Counted from the stretch's first letter, positions 1 through 9,606 are shown. The stretch is 64,000 nucleotides of DNA from Candidatus Doudnabacteria bacterium (GCA_016788665.1 JAEUSF010000005.1:13079-77078); one strand, 5' to 3'. The notes: a model not told the origin generated them from the letters alone. Program-made: numbers and translations.

Positions 1-8
1 CTACGAGG

Positions 9-479
9 TTAGTTGAGTGCATATATATAATAATTTAAAAGACCTGCAAAACTTACCCACAAGATATAAGGCACCAATAGCCAAGCGGCGGTTTCCGAAA
101 CTTTAGCGAACAAATAAATATTTACCGCAATACTTAACCATAAAGCTATTATTTCTATAAAAGCAACGCCAGGTGAGCGCAAATTAAAAAATATTATTGA
201 CCACAAAGTATTTAAAACCAATTGAAAAACAAATACAACCAGCGCAACTTTGACATATGGCGTTTTAAGACCCTGTTTCCAAACCAAAAATACCGCAATT
301 CCCATAAGCAAATATAACAAAGTCCACACCGGCCCAAACAGCCAGTTAGGGGGAGCAAAGGAGGGCTTATTTAAGTTCGCATACCAAGTCGTAACGGAAT
401 TTCTGGTAAAAACCGCGCCTATGAGCCCGGCGGCCTGCGAAACAATTACCGATGCAAACAATTTTAAAATATTGCTCAT
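9..479 (-). CDS. tspO: TspO/MBR tryptophan-rich sensory protein
   Basis: 156 aa, 5 TM. Trp-rich TspO motifs are present (WYANLNKPSFAPPNWLFGPVWTLLY). Confidence 0.8.
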   Translation of the reverse strand: MSNILKLFASVIVSQAAGLIGAVFTRNSVTTWYANLNKPSFAPPNWLFGPVWTLLYLLMGIAVFLVWKQGLKTPYVKVALVVFVFQLVLNTLWSIIFFNLRSPGVAFIEIIALWLSIAVNIYLFAKVSETAAWLLVPYILWVSFAGLLNYYIYALN

Positions 480-553
480 AATTTTTTTCTCAGAAATTCT
501 TCTGCAGTTATTATATCATTAAATACTGTACAAAGTCTTAACTTTAGCAGTAC

Positions 554-582
554 TTGACCAAAACCTGCCGCTTTTATATACT
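554..582 (+). promoter_or_regulatory. sigma70-like promoter TTGACC-17-TATACT
   Basis: TTGACC at 554-559 and TATACT at 577-582 with a 17-nt spacer. It drives a 21-codon mini-ORF (594-659) that ends at the terminator 685-714. Confidence 0.4.
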
Positions 583-684
583 GCCAGTACTTTATGAACA
601 CATTCGTTTCCAACAACACTCTTAGCCTTAGCCTCCTTCTTCCCCGGCGGTGTTATTAAGTATATAAACCTACTTTTTTAAAAC

Positions 685-714
685 AACCGCCTGGTAAAAA
701 GGCGGTTTTTTTAT
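685..714. terminator. bidirectional rho-independent terminator
   Basis: Stem aaccgcc/ggcggtt with a 9-nt loop and T-runs on both sides. Confidence 0.55.
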
Positions 715-797
715 TTATCCAAAGGAAGTTTATGAGAAATTTTAAGTTTTAATATTTTTCATAAGCTCCAATTGGGAGACAAAAGAGGGGTAATGAC

Positions 798-1175
798 ATG
801 CATTGGACTTTCAGAACCAAGTCTTTTAACTCTGCCAAGGCAGAGCTCGAACCATTCTTCGACCAAAGCTTCCAAGACAGCCTGGGTTACTACCACCAAA
901 TAATCATAACCACTGGCCGCAAAAACTACAGCACCTTTGCGGTTGAAGCAAGAGTCCCCGCCCTGGAATTTAATTTTCGGATACTTATGTATCCCAGTGC
1001 CAACCTAGTGGTGGGAAAAATTATTTGTAGACGCAAAACCCGCCTAAGGGAACCCATGGTAGGCGTAGTACTCACAGACTGCTATAAGATAAAAACGCTT
1101 CTGCTATTTTCACAGGAAGCATGGGACAATAACCAAAAAACAATTTTGAGTGAACTGGAAGCCAATATTTGCTGA
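798..1175 (+). CDS. hypothetical protein
   Basis: 125-aa ORF with RBS aaagagggg 6 nt before the ATG and terminator 1178-1206 downstream. No recognisable domain. Confidence 0.4.
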   Translation: MHWTFRTKSFNSAKAELEPFFDQSFQDSLGYYHQIIITTGRKNYSTFAVEARVPALEFNFRILMYPSANLVVGKIICRRKTRLREPMVGVVLTDCYKIKTLLLFSQEAWDNNQKTILSELEANIC

Positions 1176-1177
1176 CT

Positions 1178-1206
1178 TAGCGCGCTTACAATAACGCGCT
1201 TTTTAT
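1178..1206. terminator. bidirectional terminator
   Basis: Stem agcgcg/cgcgct followed by TTTTT. It serves the + ORF and the convergent NUDIX gene. Confidence 0.55.
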
Positions 1207-1724
1207 TTGGCCAATAATTTAAAAACTTGTAAAAACCTCTCTGCCGTACCAGCCCACTTTTGAGGATCGCTGTTCATGGAATTTATTACTTCTTCCTTAT
1301 TCATCCACTTTGCCTCGACAACTTCCTGATCACTAAAACGCAAATCTTTTTCGTTTCCCCGGAAGCAATAAAAATACACCTGAACATGTTCGTTGTTTGG
1401 AAATTGTGCGTTCTTCTCCTTGGGACCGATTTGCAGCTCTTCGGCTCTGACCACAAGACCTATTTCTTGCCTAAGTTCCAAAAGCGCTGTATCCAAATAA
1501 TCCATGCCTGTTGTAACGTGGCCACCAAAACGTGCATCAAAACAGCCCGGTTTTGAATCTTTAAACAAAGAACGCAAATGCACCATTACTTGCCCTTGTT
1601 CATTGTAAACATAAATATGCACTACTCTATGCCAATCACCATTTTTATGCACTTCACTTCTGGGTTTAGTTTTGTTTAAAGGCTTGTCTTCCTCATCGTA
1701 AAGATCAAATATTTCCTGAGTCAT
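1203..1724 (-). CDS. NUDIX hydrolase
   Basis: 173 aa. Nudix box variant GGHVTTGMDYLDTALLELRQEIGL. Confidence 0.6.
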   Translation of the reverse strand: MTQEIFDLYDEEDKPLNKTKPRSEVHKNGDWHRVVHIYVYNEQGQVMVHLRSLFKDSKPGCFDARFGGHVTTGMDYLDTALLELRQEIGLVVRAEELQIGPKEKNAQFPNNEHVQVYFYCFRGNEKDLRFSDQEVVEAKWMNKEEVINSMNSDPQKWAGTAERFLQVFKLLAK

Positions 1725-1726
1725 TT

Positions 1727-2701
1727 TTATAATTTGTTACTTAAATTCAAAAAATTGGCAGTCTGAACAACCAAAAAAGCAAAATATACGTATAGCAAAA
1801 TCCAACCTTCCGTTCTGGAAATTCTCCGGTCTGATTTGGCAAAGAAATAAAACATAATAAGGCCACCCATCATAAGAAAGAAGGTCGGAACAAACTCAGT
1901 CGGCTCCACCGAAAAAGCTCCTTGCTGTAAAACCAACACCGCAAAGACCGGCGTATTGGCAACAGCGGAGCCTAAATAGTCGCCAAAAGCTATATCGGTA
2001 TGTTTTTTATAAATAGACCTAATGGCAATAACCAATTCAGGCATATTGGTTCCAATGCCTAAAAGCAAAAGTCCGACAATAGAACTTGGCACATTTAAGA
2101 GGCCGGAAAAATACACTCCTTCGGTTACTAAAACATGTCCGGCTAGAAAAATAACCGCAGCTCCGATTAAAATTTTAAACAAGTCCTTTAAAGCCGGATG
2201 CTTCTTGTGCAAAAGACTTTCGTCAACCGACTCCAAAGTGGGTAAAATAGATTCCTTTTTATGTATAGAAACTACCAAAGCGGCATACAGCAATAATATA
2301 AATATACCTTCCAACCGGGTCACTCTGCCATCCAGCACAAAAAAAGAAGGCAATGCAATTACCCCCAACGCAAAAATTAAGTTTTTGTCTGAAATAAGTT
2401 TTTTTAAAGCAATACCCTTCGAAGCTACCGCCAGAAAAGGCACTATTAAAAGCATAATTACAAAAGACGCCCCAATTAAATTACCAGCCGAAATTTGAGG
2501 CTGGTTTTCAAAGCTGGAATTTACAGCCACCGATATTTCACTTATAGAAGTTAAAAAACCTAATACAAAAAAAGCTACCGTAAAACCAGTTTTATTAAAC
2601 CTTTTTGCTACCCGGTCAACTGAGTCAATAAGTATACCAGCAAAAAACCATACTACCCCCAAGGAAAACAAAAACAATAGAATATGATTTATTAAATTCA
2701 T
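1727..2701 (-). CDS. Ca2+/cation antiporter (CaCA family, YrbG-like)
   Basis: 324 aa, about 10 TM. Two alpha-repeats are present (GNLIGASF and GIGTNMPELVIAI). Confidence 0.75.
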   Translation of the reverse strand: MNLINHILLFLFSLGVVWFFAGILIDSVDRVAKRFNKTGFTVAFFVLGFLTSISEISVAVNSSFENQPQISAGNLIGASFVIMLLIVPFLAVASKGIALKKLISDKNLIFALGVIALPSFFVLDGRVTRLEGIFILLLYAALVVSIHKKESILPTLESVDESLLHKKHPALKDLFKILIGAAVIFLAGHVLVTEGVYFSGLLNVPSSIVGLLLLGIGTNMPELVIAIRSIYKKHTDIAFGDYLGSAVANTPVFAVLVLQQGAFSVEPTEFVPTFFLMMGGLIMFYFFAKSDRRISRTEGWILLYVYFAFLVVQTANFLNLSNKL

Positions 2702-2788
2702 TTTTATTTTTATATTTTAGGCCTCGCGCACCTATAAATTATAACACGTCTCAATTAGCCTACGGTTCTTAACTTAAATTTTATCGGC

Positions 2789-4021
2789 CTATATAACCGG
2801 CTCCGTCTTTCCCCCTTCATATAAAGGAATTTTATTTTTTCCTATAAGCCAAACTACGACACCGAACGATAAGCCCCCCAGTAAGACAATTAAAGAAGAC
2901 CACTCAAGCCCTGTCTTAAGGTCAGACATATCGGAAATTATACCTACTATTGCCGGCGCCAAAGTATCACCCAGCAGATGTATAACTAAAATATATGCAG
3001 CAAAAGCCGTAGCTCGCGCATTTTCGGGCACCAAATCATGGATAGTAGCCGTTACCGGTGAATGGTAAACACTTAGTAATAAAGTTCCAAGAAAAAAATA
3101 AAAGAAGAATAAAAAACCACTACTGCCCTGCAGACCCAAATACATAAAAGGTGCCGCCAAACTTATAGAGACCGCAATTACTACTGCCCTGCCCCATACA
3201 TATTTTGCATGTAGCCAATCTGAGATCACGCTACCCAAAATAACACCGGCAACGCCGGCCAACATAAGAGTGCTTCCCAAAATAATGCTCGCATCCCTTA
3301 AATTATAACCTTTATATCTAGAAACAAATTCTACTCCCCAGGTTATAAATGCACCGGCTGAAAAAGTGACTAAGCTCCCGCTGATTAACACCCAAATATA
3401 CGCTTTATTTTTTAATAGCAGTTTAAAATTTAAAGGCAAATGAGGCTTTCCACTTCCTGTATCCTTTAATCTTAAAGCTAAAAAAGCCAGTAGAAACCCA
3501 GGTACGGACACCAGAAAAAAAGCCAAACGCCAATTATGGTTAAAATAAAAAGCAATAACTCCGCCGAGCATAGCGCCCAAAGTTCCGCCTACAAACATGG
3601 CGGCGTTAAAAAGTCCTTGCGCACGTGCCCAAAAGTTTTTGGGCACGTTATCCGAAATCATGGCAGTCGCAGCCGGAGCATAACTAGCTTCCCCTATGCC
3701 TACCAATGACCTGGCGGCCAAAAGCTGTTTAAAATTTTGAGACAACCCGGACAAAAACGTCATTGCGCTCCAAAATATTATCCCAACCGAAATAACTTTT
3801 CGCCTATCCATTTTATCTGCCAGCACGCCCAAAGGCAGGCTAGCTAAAGAATGAACCAACATAAACATGGTGCCTAAAAGCCCTAGAGAAAAATCACTTA
3901 TTAAAAATTCGCGCTTTATAGACCCAAACAGTGGAAAAACCACCTGACGGTCAACATAGTTTAAAAAATTTATTAGGGACAAAACTACTATTATAGTTTT
4001 TTGATCACGATTCAAGTTCAT
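2789..4021 (-). CDS. MFS transporter
   Basis: 12-TM MFS topology. The track ORF extends to 4318, but that N-terminus overlaps the DinB gene and lies upstream of the terminator. The internal ATG at 4021 (MNLNRDQK...) is the likelier start. Confidence 0.7.
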   Translation of the reverse strand: MNLNRDQKTIIVVLSLINFLNYVDRQVVFPLFGSIKREFLISDFSLGLLGTMFMLVHSLASLPLGVLADKMDRRKVISVGIIFWSAMTFLSGLSQNFKQLLAARSLVGIGEASYAPAATAMISDNVPKNFWARAQGLFNAAMFVGGTLGAMLGGVIAFYFNHNWRLAFFLVSVPGFLLAFLALRLKDTGSGKPHLPLNFKLLLKNKAYIWVLISGSLVTFSAGAFITWGVEFVSRYKGYNLRDASIILGSTLMLAGVAGVILGSVISDWLHAKYVWGRAVVIAVSISLAAPFMYLGLQGSSGFLFFFYFFLGTLLLSVYHSPVTATIHDLVPENARATAFAAYILVIHLLGDTLAPAIVGIISDMSDLKTGLEWSSLIVLLGGLSFGVVVWLIGKNKIPLYEGGKTEPVI

Positions 4022-4088
4022 AATAATAGATAATACCACAACCGGAAATTTTAAAAAACCCTTCCATTCAGAAGGGTTTTTTAAAATC

Positions 4089-4565
4089 CTAACTTTGTTG
4101 GTCTGCCGAAGGTCCGTAAATAGAAGGCACCACCGCCCCCATCGCACGCAAATATGTAGTAAGTTGGCCACGGTGATGTATGGCATCGAACAAAAAGCCC
4201 CAAGCCATATCATACTTTTTAGTGGTCCATGCCGGCCCCATGCTCGCCTGTCCATTTTCCCACTCTTCCTCCGATATCTTATCAACCTCTTCTTGCAAAT
4301 CTGCCATGCCCTGGTCAAACTTCAAAAGCATATCGGCTTTTGACTGATTTTCCATATCATGTGGATTAAAGTCGGGTGTGCCTGATTTTAAAACCCCAGA
4401 AATCGCTTTCCATTGAACCGCCAGCTGTGCGGCCAAGTTACCCGCCTCGCGCGACTTTTCATGAACCTTGTGCGTACGCTGGTCTTCAGGCAAAGCCTCT
4501 ATTGCCTTTTTAAACCTTGGCGATTCATCTTTTAAAGTCTTTAAATAAAATTCTTTGTTTGTCAT
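4089..4565 (-). CDS. DinB/YfiT-like (DinB_2) metal-dependent hydrolase family protein
   Basis: 158 aa with the HHRGQ motif. A terminator hairpin (cccttc/gaaggg, 4055-4086) follows it. Confidence 0.65.
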   Translation of the reverse strand: MTNKEFYLKTLKDESPRFKKAIEALPEDQRTHKVHEKSREAGNLAAQLAVQWKAISGVLKSGTPDFNPHDMENQSKADMLLKFDQGMADLQEEVDKISEEEWENGQASMGPAWTTKKYDMAWGFLFDAIHHRGQLTTYLRAMGAVVPSIYGPSADQQS

Positions 4566-4736
4566 ATTTTATATTTAATTATTTAAATTATACCACACTA
4601 TTCGAAAACTTTTGGAAATTAATTTTTCACAAATTAATAATTTCTTTCCTATAAAATTCGTTAAGACTACTCTATAGTCAACTACTATTAAACTTTAGGA
4701 GGTACAAAAAAATATTTAACCAGTTAATATAATTAT

Positions 4737-5249
4737 ATGAAAAAATCACAAAACGAAACTTTGCACGAATTATTCCTAACAAAGCTGCAATCGCTCCTGG
4801 ACATAGAAAATCAAATAACTCAAGCATTGCCAAAGCTGGTAAAAAAAGCCTCAAGTCCTATGCTTAAAGAAGCCTTCTCTGAGCACTTAGAAGAAACCAG
4901 GGCGCAAGCCAACAAACTTACACAAATATTTGAAAGTTTGGGAGAAAGACCCACCAAGCTCAAATCGGAAGGCATACGCGGCATAACCGCTGACGCAGAA
5001 TGGGTCATGCAAAACATAAGCTCGCCAGAAAGCTTAGACGCGGCTTTAATTGCGGCCGCCCAATATGTAGAGCACTATGAAATTGCCGGCTACGGTACCG
5101 CCAAAGAATGGGCCAAACTTATGGGTCACAATAAAGAAGCCGAGATTTTAAACGAAATTTTGCAGGAAGAAAAGGCAGCTAACAAAAAACTCAACCAGCT
5201 CGCCATAAAAGAAATAAACAAGAAAGTAAAAAGTGGAATAGAACTTTAA
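4737..5249 (+). CDS. ferritin-like YciE/YciF (DUF892) family protein
   Basis: 170 aa. Matches DUF892 (LFLTKLQSLLDIENQITQALPKL...HLEETRAQANKLTQIFE). Confidence 0.8.
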   Translation: MKKSQNETLHELFLTKLQSLLDIENQITQALPKLVKKASSPMLKEAFSEHLEETRAQANKLTQIFESLGERPTKLKSEGIRGITADAEWVMQNISSPESLDAALIAAAQYVEHYEIAGYGTAKEWAKLMGHNKEAEILNEILQEEKAANKKLNQLAIKEINKKVKSGIEL

Positions 5250-5313
5250 AAATAAATACCGGCAATAAAATAGAGCCGTCCTCTTATTATAGAGGGCGGC
5301 CCTATTTATATAC

Positions 5314-6105
5314 TCAATAGTTCTTTAACTGCCTAACCGTTTCTGCAACAACTTTAACATCCCCACTCATATGCTTGCCTTTCACTCTAACCTCTTGTCC
5401 GGGACCAAACTTATTATATTCCACCACTGACCCAGCCTTGTTTTGAAACTTAGCCGAAACGGTATCTACCCCATATAATGTATTACCCGAAGCAACCGTC
5501 ATGCCACCCGGACCTTTTAAAACTATATTGCCCGTAAACTCAATACTTACAAGTCTTAATTTTGCATCTATACTCTTAGCTTGTACTTTCTCGCGCGAAC
5601 GTTCCCACGTACCTTTAACCTGAGCTGACATACCTGACTCAAGCTCAGTTAACGAACTGCTCTTGCCATTTTTTTTATAGGCGGTAAACTGGCCTGTGGT
5701 AATGTTGTGCAACCCATACTGAGAGGACTGTAGCACCGCAGTTCCAAGCGCAGGGTTTACGCTTACAATTTTTCCACTAAATGTACTCTCTTTTGGATAT
5801 AAACTCAAATTTTTTAAATACACGGCAGAAAAGCTGTTATCGCTCCATAGGGTGCCTTTAACCTCTACCTTGTCTCCGGTTAACAGTTCGTCTAAATTCA
5901 TAACAGTTCCGTTTTTCCTGTACAGCTTGGCGTTCCCAATATCCGGTGAGTAAACAGTTCCCTTTGTCGTCCTAACCATAACCCTGCTTTCTAGCCTGCC
6001 CGTCACCACGCCGGTAAATGTCACTTCTTTTGGGGCCGCAAACACCACAAAAGGCAAGAACAGCATCGCACTGACAATAAAAATTAAATTATATTTTTGT
6101 TTCAT
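5314..6105 (-). CDS. secreted protein with three tandem ~80-aa repeats
   Basis: Signal peptide. Three repeats match the pattern TF(T/S)G-x-V...Y(R/K)KNG...VKG. Confidence 0.6.
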   Translation of the reverse strand: MKQKYNLIFIVSAMLFLPFVVFAAPKEVTFTGVVTGRLESRVMVRTTKGTVYSPDIGNAKLYRKNGTVMNLDELLTGDKVEVKGTLWSDNSFSAVYLKNLSLYPKESTFSGKIVSVNPALGTAVLQSSQYGLHNITTGQFTAYKKNGKSSSLTELESGMSAQVKGTWERSREKVQAKSIDAKLRLVSIEFTGNIVLKGPGGMTVASGNTLYGVDTVSAKFQNKAGSVVEYNKFGPGQEVRVKGKHMSGDVKVVAETVRQLKNY

Positions 6106-6172
6106 ACAATCAATTTAATTTTATGACTCTATTTTAGCAAAAAATTTTACCTATGTGCAATTTTTCTAAAAG

Positions 6173-6568
6173 TTAGTGCGTGCCTACTCCTACTAACCCG
6201 GGTGATTTTTGGTCAAACAGTAGTACTTTCTTTAACGTTTCCAAATTTAAGTCGGCCAACTTTTTAAAGCGAATACAACTTTTCCCCACACTAACCTTTC
6301 CCAATTCCTTTTTATTTTTTTCTGCAATATATTTACCTTTTTCTAACGCACAAACATAAAGACTAATATAATTTTTCTGGTTTGCCAGAGCAATTACCGG
6401 CCAAGAAACCAGCTCTTTTTTTGCATTTTTATACGGGAACGTCCCATATCCTAGCATATTATATGCGAAATGCGGTTTTAGTTTAGGCACTGTTTTCTTT
6501 ATAAAGTTATGAATAAATAAAAAGTCTTTTCTTCGATCTTCAGACACCAGCGCCAAATACTCTTCCAC
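6173..6568 (-). CDS. DUF1801 (YdhG-like) domain protein
   Basis: 131 aa. Pattern consistent with DUF1801/iron-chaperone-like proteins. Confidence 0.5.
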   Translation of the reverse strand: MEEYLALVSEDRRKDFLFIHNFIKKTVPKLKPHFAYNMLGYGTFPYKNAKKELVSWPVIALANQKNYISLYVCALEKGKYIAEKNKKELGKVSVGKSCIRFKKLADLNLETLKKVLLFDQKSPGLVGVGTH

Positions 6569-6625
6569 GCTAGATGCCTTTACTTTTTAAACATATTCAT
6601 AAAATTTTTATAGGTGAATTGCTAT

Positions 6626-6883
6626 TTAAAATTGCAAAATATAATTATTACTTCGGTTAGGTGCCAGATCTTTTATAAAACCATTCTTTTTCCAAAAATT
6701 TTCACTCTCTTCGTCAGAAATCTGCACCGCTTTTATTGCTTTAAAATTACAGCCCCGTGCTAACCCAGCCACCTTCTCAAGAGCCCTAGCACCAAACCCC
6801 CTACCTAACTGAGAAAGCGGCAAAGTTGTCATATTGGTAATTTCCAACTCATTCTGCTCAAAAATTAGCCTAAAAGTTGTCAC
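6626..6883 (-). CDS. GNAT N-acetyltransferase (N-terminally truncated or non-canonical start)
   Basis: Motif A LPLSQLGRGFGARAL. The open frame continues upstream to the stop at 7010-7012 without any ATG/GTG/TTG before the GTG at 6883. Confidence 0.5.
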   Translation of the reverse strand: MTTFRLIFEQNELEITNMTTLPLSQLGRGFGARALEKVAGLARGCNFKAIKAVQISDEESENFWKKNGFIKDLAPNRSNNYILQF

Positions 6884-7362
6884 CGCCTCCCCAAACTCAA
6901 ATTGAACGACAAATGCCTTGTGGGAATTTATAATAACTTTTTCAACTTTTGCCCCCTCTTTCAGTAAAGCTTCTAAAAAAACAATTTTTCTCCGTTCGGG
7001 GTTGTTTTGTTAATTTGTTTCCATAATCTAATAATACCATTTATTTAAAGTTATCCGTAAATAAAATACCACCGCCATCCAAAAAGCCAAACAAAGCTTT
7101 AAAAAATACTACCGCCCGCAATTATCTGGCTTATTTTTAATAAATTTATAATCTTTTCAAACTACAATATAGTAGCAATTGGCTCTACTAACATGTCTGC
7201 TAGGGCAACCTGAAACAAATTTTTATAACAGACTCACTTACAGAAAAATTAAGCCACTACTTGATTTACCTGACATAATTTTAATAGTATTATATGTTTA
7301 AACCGGTACTAAAAAGTACCTCAAAGGTCGAAAACATAAACCATAATTAAAAACAAGTTACT

Positions 7363-7569
7363 ATGAACAAACTGAATTTTATAGACTGGCTAGCATTGGT
7401 ACTAGTAATAGTCGGAGGGCTTAACTGGGGACTGGTCGGGTTTTTTAGCTACGACTTGGTAGCTGCTTTGTTTGGGGACATGTCCGGGCTCTCACGCATT
7501 GTATATGGGCTGGTAGGACTTTCGGCAATATACCTTCTAGCAATATCGCCAAGTCTTTCAAAAAGATAA
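7363..7569 (+). CDS. DUF378 family small membrane protein
   Basis: 68 aa. Motif GGLNWGLVG...SRIVYGLVGLSAIY. Confidence 0.75.
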   Translation: MNKLNFIDWLALVLVIVGGLNWGLVGFFSYDLVAALFGDMSGLSRIVYGLVGLSAIYLLAISPSLSKR

Positions 7570-7748
7570 ATAAATACAGTCCCTGAACCATACTCTGCAA
7601 ATAGCCAAAAAACTATTACTGTATCTTAATTCAATAAATACGATCACCGCTTTGGGCGATGGTCGTATTTATTTTAAGATAATCATTTATTGACAAACGA
7701 TAAATAGTAAGCTAGTCTAATATTAGCTTTACAATTTAAAATTCACCT

Positions 7749-8213
7749 ATGAAAAAAAGTTCAACACTATTTTTGAAACTTGTAATCTTACTATTAGGTT
7801 CAGCCGCCTTAGCTTTCTGCATTTTTGTAATACCCCCCACCATAGGCTCCTTCAGCACACAAGGCTATGACCCAATTCTAGCCGGCTTATACTTGCCTGC
7901 GGTGCCATTTTTTATAGCATTATATAAAGCTTTTAAACTCTTAACTTATATAGACAACGGCCAGGCTTTTTCGGATCTGTCGGTAAAGGCCTTAAAAGCT
8001 ATAAAATACTGCGGTGTTATAATTAGCGCTCTGTTCATTGCAGGCATACCCTATATTTTCACCGCTGCAGAAAAAGACGATGCCCCCGGGGTAGTAGCCT
8101 TAGGGTTAATAATTATCTTCGCTTCTTTTGTCATAGCAGTGTTCGCCGCAGTTTTAGAAAGCCTGCTCAAAAATGCAATAGAATTAAAATCCGAAAACGA
8201 TTTAACCGTTTAA
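7749..8213 (+). CDS. DUF2975 family membrane protein
   Basis: 154 aa, 4 TM. It is immediately followed by a YozG-like HTH gene. Confidence 0.65.
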   Translation: MKKSSTLFLKLVILLLGSAALAFCIFVIPPTIGSFSTQGYDPILAGLYLPAVPFFIALYKAFKLLTYIDNGQAFSDLSVKALKAIKYCGVIISALFIAGIPYIFTAAEKDDAPGVVALGLIIIFASFVIAVFAAVLESLLKNAIELKSENDLTV

Positions 8214-8217
8214 ATTT

Positions 8218-8421
8218 ATGAGCATAATTATAAACCTAGACACAATGCTCGCCAAAAGAAAAATGAGCGTAACAGAATTAACTAAAAAGGTTGGAATAAC
8301 CATGGCAAATATTTCTATACTAAAAAACGGCAAAGCCAAAGCTGTCCGTTTTTCAACCTTAGATGCAATCTGCAAAGCACTCAATTGCCAACCTGGCGAC
8401 ATACTAGAATACAAACTTTAG
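8218..8421 (+). CDS. HTH (Cro/C1, YozG-like) transcriptional regulator
   Basis: 67 aa. Motif MSVTELTKKVGITMANISILKNGKAKAVRFSTLDAICKALNCQPGDILEY. Confidence 0.8.
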   Translation: MSIIINLDTMLAKRKMSVTELTKKVGITMANISILKNGKAKAVRFSTLDAICKALNCQPGDILEYKL

Positions 8422-8480
8422 AGCTTTGTAAATAAAGCATTGATTTTGCAAATACAATTTATTGCAAAATAGTCCAAAAC

Positions 8481-9275
8481 CTATACCGTCGTAATCCTTT
8501 CTGCGGTTTCTTCGAAAGCAGTATCAAACTCCTTAGAATCCAAATCAAACTTAGACAAAAGTTCAATTATTTCTCTTTCGCCCACTTCTTTTTTTTCACC
8601 CTTTCTTGTTAAGTAACCAAAATTCGCCTTATCATTAGCATTAAACCTAGAATTAATCTCACCCATATTCGTTAACAGAAATCTCAACGAGCCAAAGCTA
8701 TACCCTGCACCAGTTGGAGCAACAGCAATATACACACCCGATTCTTCGGCCCTAGACCTGGTAACTTTAGTTATGCCTATTTGAATAACATCCAAATAAG
8801 TTAAAAACCGCTCATTCAGCTGTCCACCTTCAAGCTGCACCGCTTCAATCCTTGCCCTGTCCTCATTTAATTTTTTCAAATAACTACTAACCACATCAGC
8901 GTCTGTTGTGGTAGAAATTCGAGAGTATAAAAAAGGCCTGTCTCCAGCCAAACCAGCATTTTTTAAAGCGTAACCAGAATAAATACGTAAAAGTTCTGGC
9001 CTATCTTTTAAAACTGGGCTTAAGGTCTCCGCGTGCTCTGGTGCGTTTTTAAGCAAATTAATCAGATCTGCCATATTTCCAAATTTTTCCACCATATCAT
9101 AATACTCCATGGCCAAACCAGGATTTGCCCTGACCATATCTCTAACATCGTCAAGTTTAAAAGACTCTAGAACAATAGCCCCCTTCCCATCCCGCCCACC
9201 GTTTCTTTGCTCTATAAGTTTTAAAAATTTATCCGCTGGTTCTAAATTTTCCCCCAATCTCTTTTCTGGGTTCAT
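8481..9275 (-). CDS. hypothetical protein
   Basis: 264 aa with no motif I could assign. Confidence 0.4.
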   Translation of the reverse strand: MNPEKRLGENLEPADKFLKLIEQRNGGRDGKGAIVLESFKLDDVRDMVRANPGLAMEYYDMVEKFGNMADLINLLKNAPEHAETLSPVLKDRPELLRIYSGYALKNAGLAGDRPFLYSRISTTTDADVVSSYLKKLNEDRARIEAVQLEGGQLNERFLTYLDVIQIGITKVTRSRAEESGVYIAVAPTGAGYSFGSLRFLLTNMGEINSRFNANDKANFGYLTRKGEKKEVGEREIIELLSKFDLDSKEFDTAFEETAERITTV

Positions 9276-9351
9276 TTATAAGATCTGTTAATAATTAAGT
9301 ATACTTTGCTGGCTAAATTTTTTGTCTAATTCTACTATTGCTTTTGCAATC

Positions 9352-9606
9352 TTACTCTCTATGCGGGCAGCCAACCCAGCAACATGGCCTGCGCATACCG
9401 CCAGAAAGTTTAGACACCGCTTTTTTTATTCTTATATGCCTGGTGTCTTCTTTTTTACCCGAAGTCGCCCAACACACCCATTCGTTTTTTGCCAAAGGGG
9501 TAATTTCTTCCCACACAGCCTTAGCTTTTAAGCTCCCGCTTAAAGCTTTTTTAAAATCGGACGGCAGACTATGTGGTAAACTTTTTGCGCTGTTTTGTTT
9601 GACCAT
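9352..9606 (-). CDS. YdeI/OmpD-associated family protein
   Basis: 84 aa. Motif WEEITPLAKNEWVCWATSGKKEDTRHIRI. Confidence 0.6.
   Translation of the reverse strand: MVKQNSAKSLPHSLPSDFKKALSGSLKAKAVWEEITPLAKNEWVCWATSGKKEDTRHIRIKKAVSKLSGGMRRPCCWVGCPHRE

Noticed and set aside
250-522. ORF 250..522(+) antisense to tspO
   Set aside because: It lies entirely within the well-supported TspO gene on the opposite strand and has no RBS.
798-1175. Possibility that this isolated 380-nt unit is tmRNA or RNase P RNA rather than a protein gene
   Set aside because: I found none of the expected signatures: no GGGG...tRNA-like 3' end or CCA; no tag-peptide ending ALAA-stop; no P4 motifs (GGAAAGTCCGGGC / ACAGAANCCGGCTTA) on either strand. 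A good RBS plus ATG and an uninterrupted 125-codon frame favour a CDS.
4022-4318. Long N-terminal extension of the MFS transporter ORF (track start 4318)
   Set aside because: The extension overlaps the DinB gene and the terminator hairpin at 4055-4086, and has no TM or MFS-like sequence. The internal ATG at 4021 gives a normal 12-TM protein.
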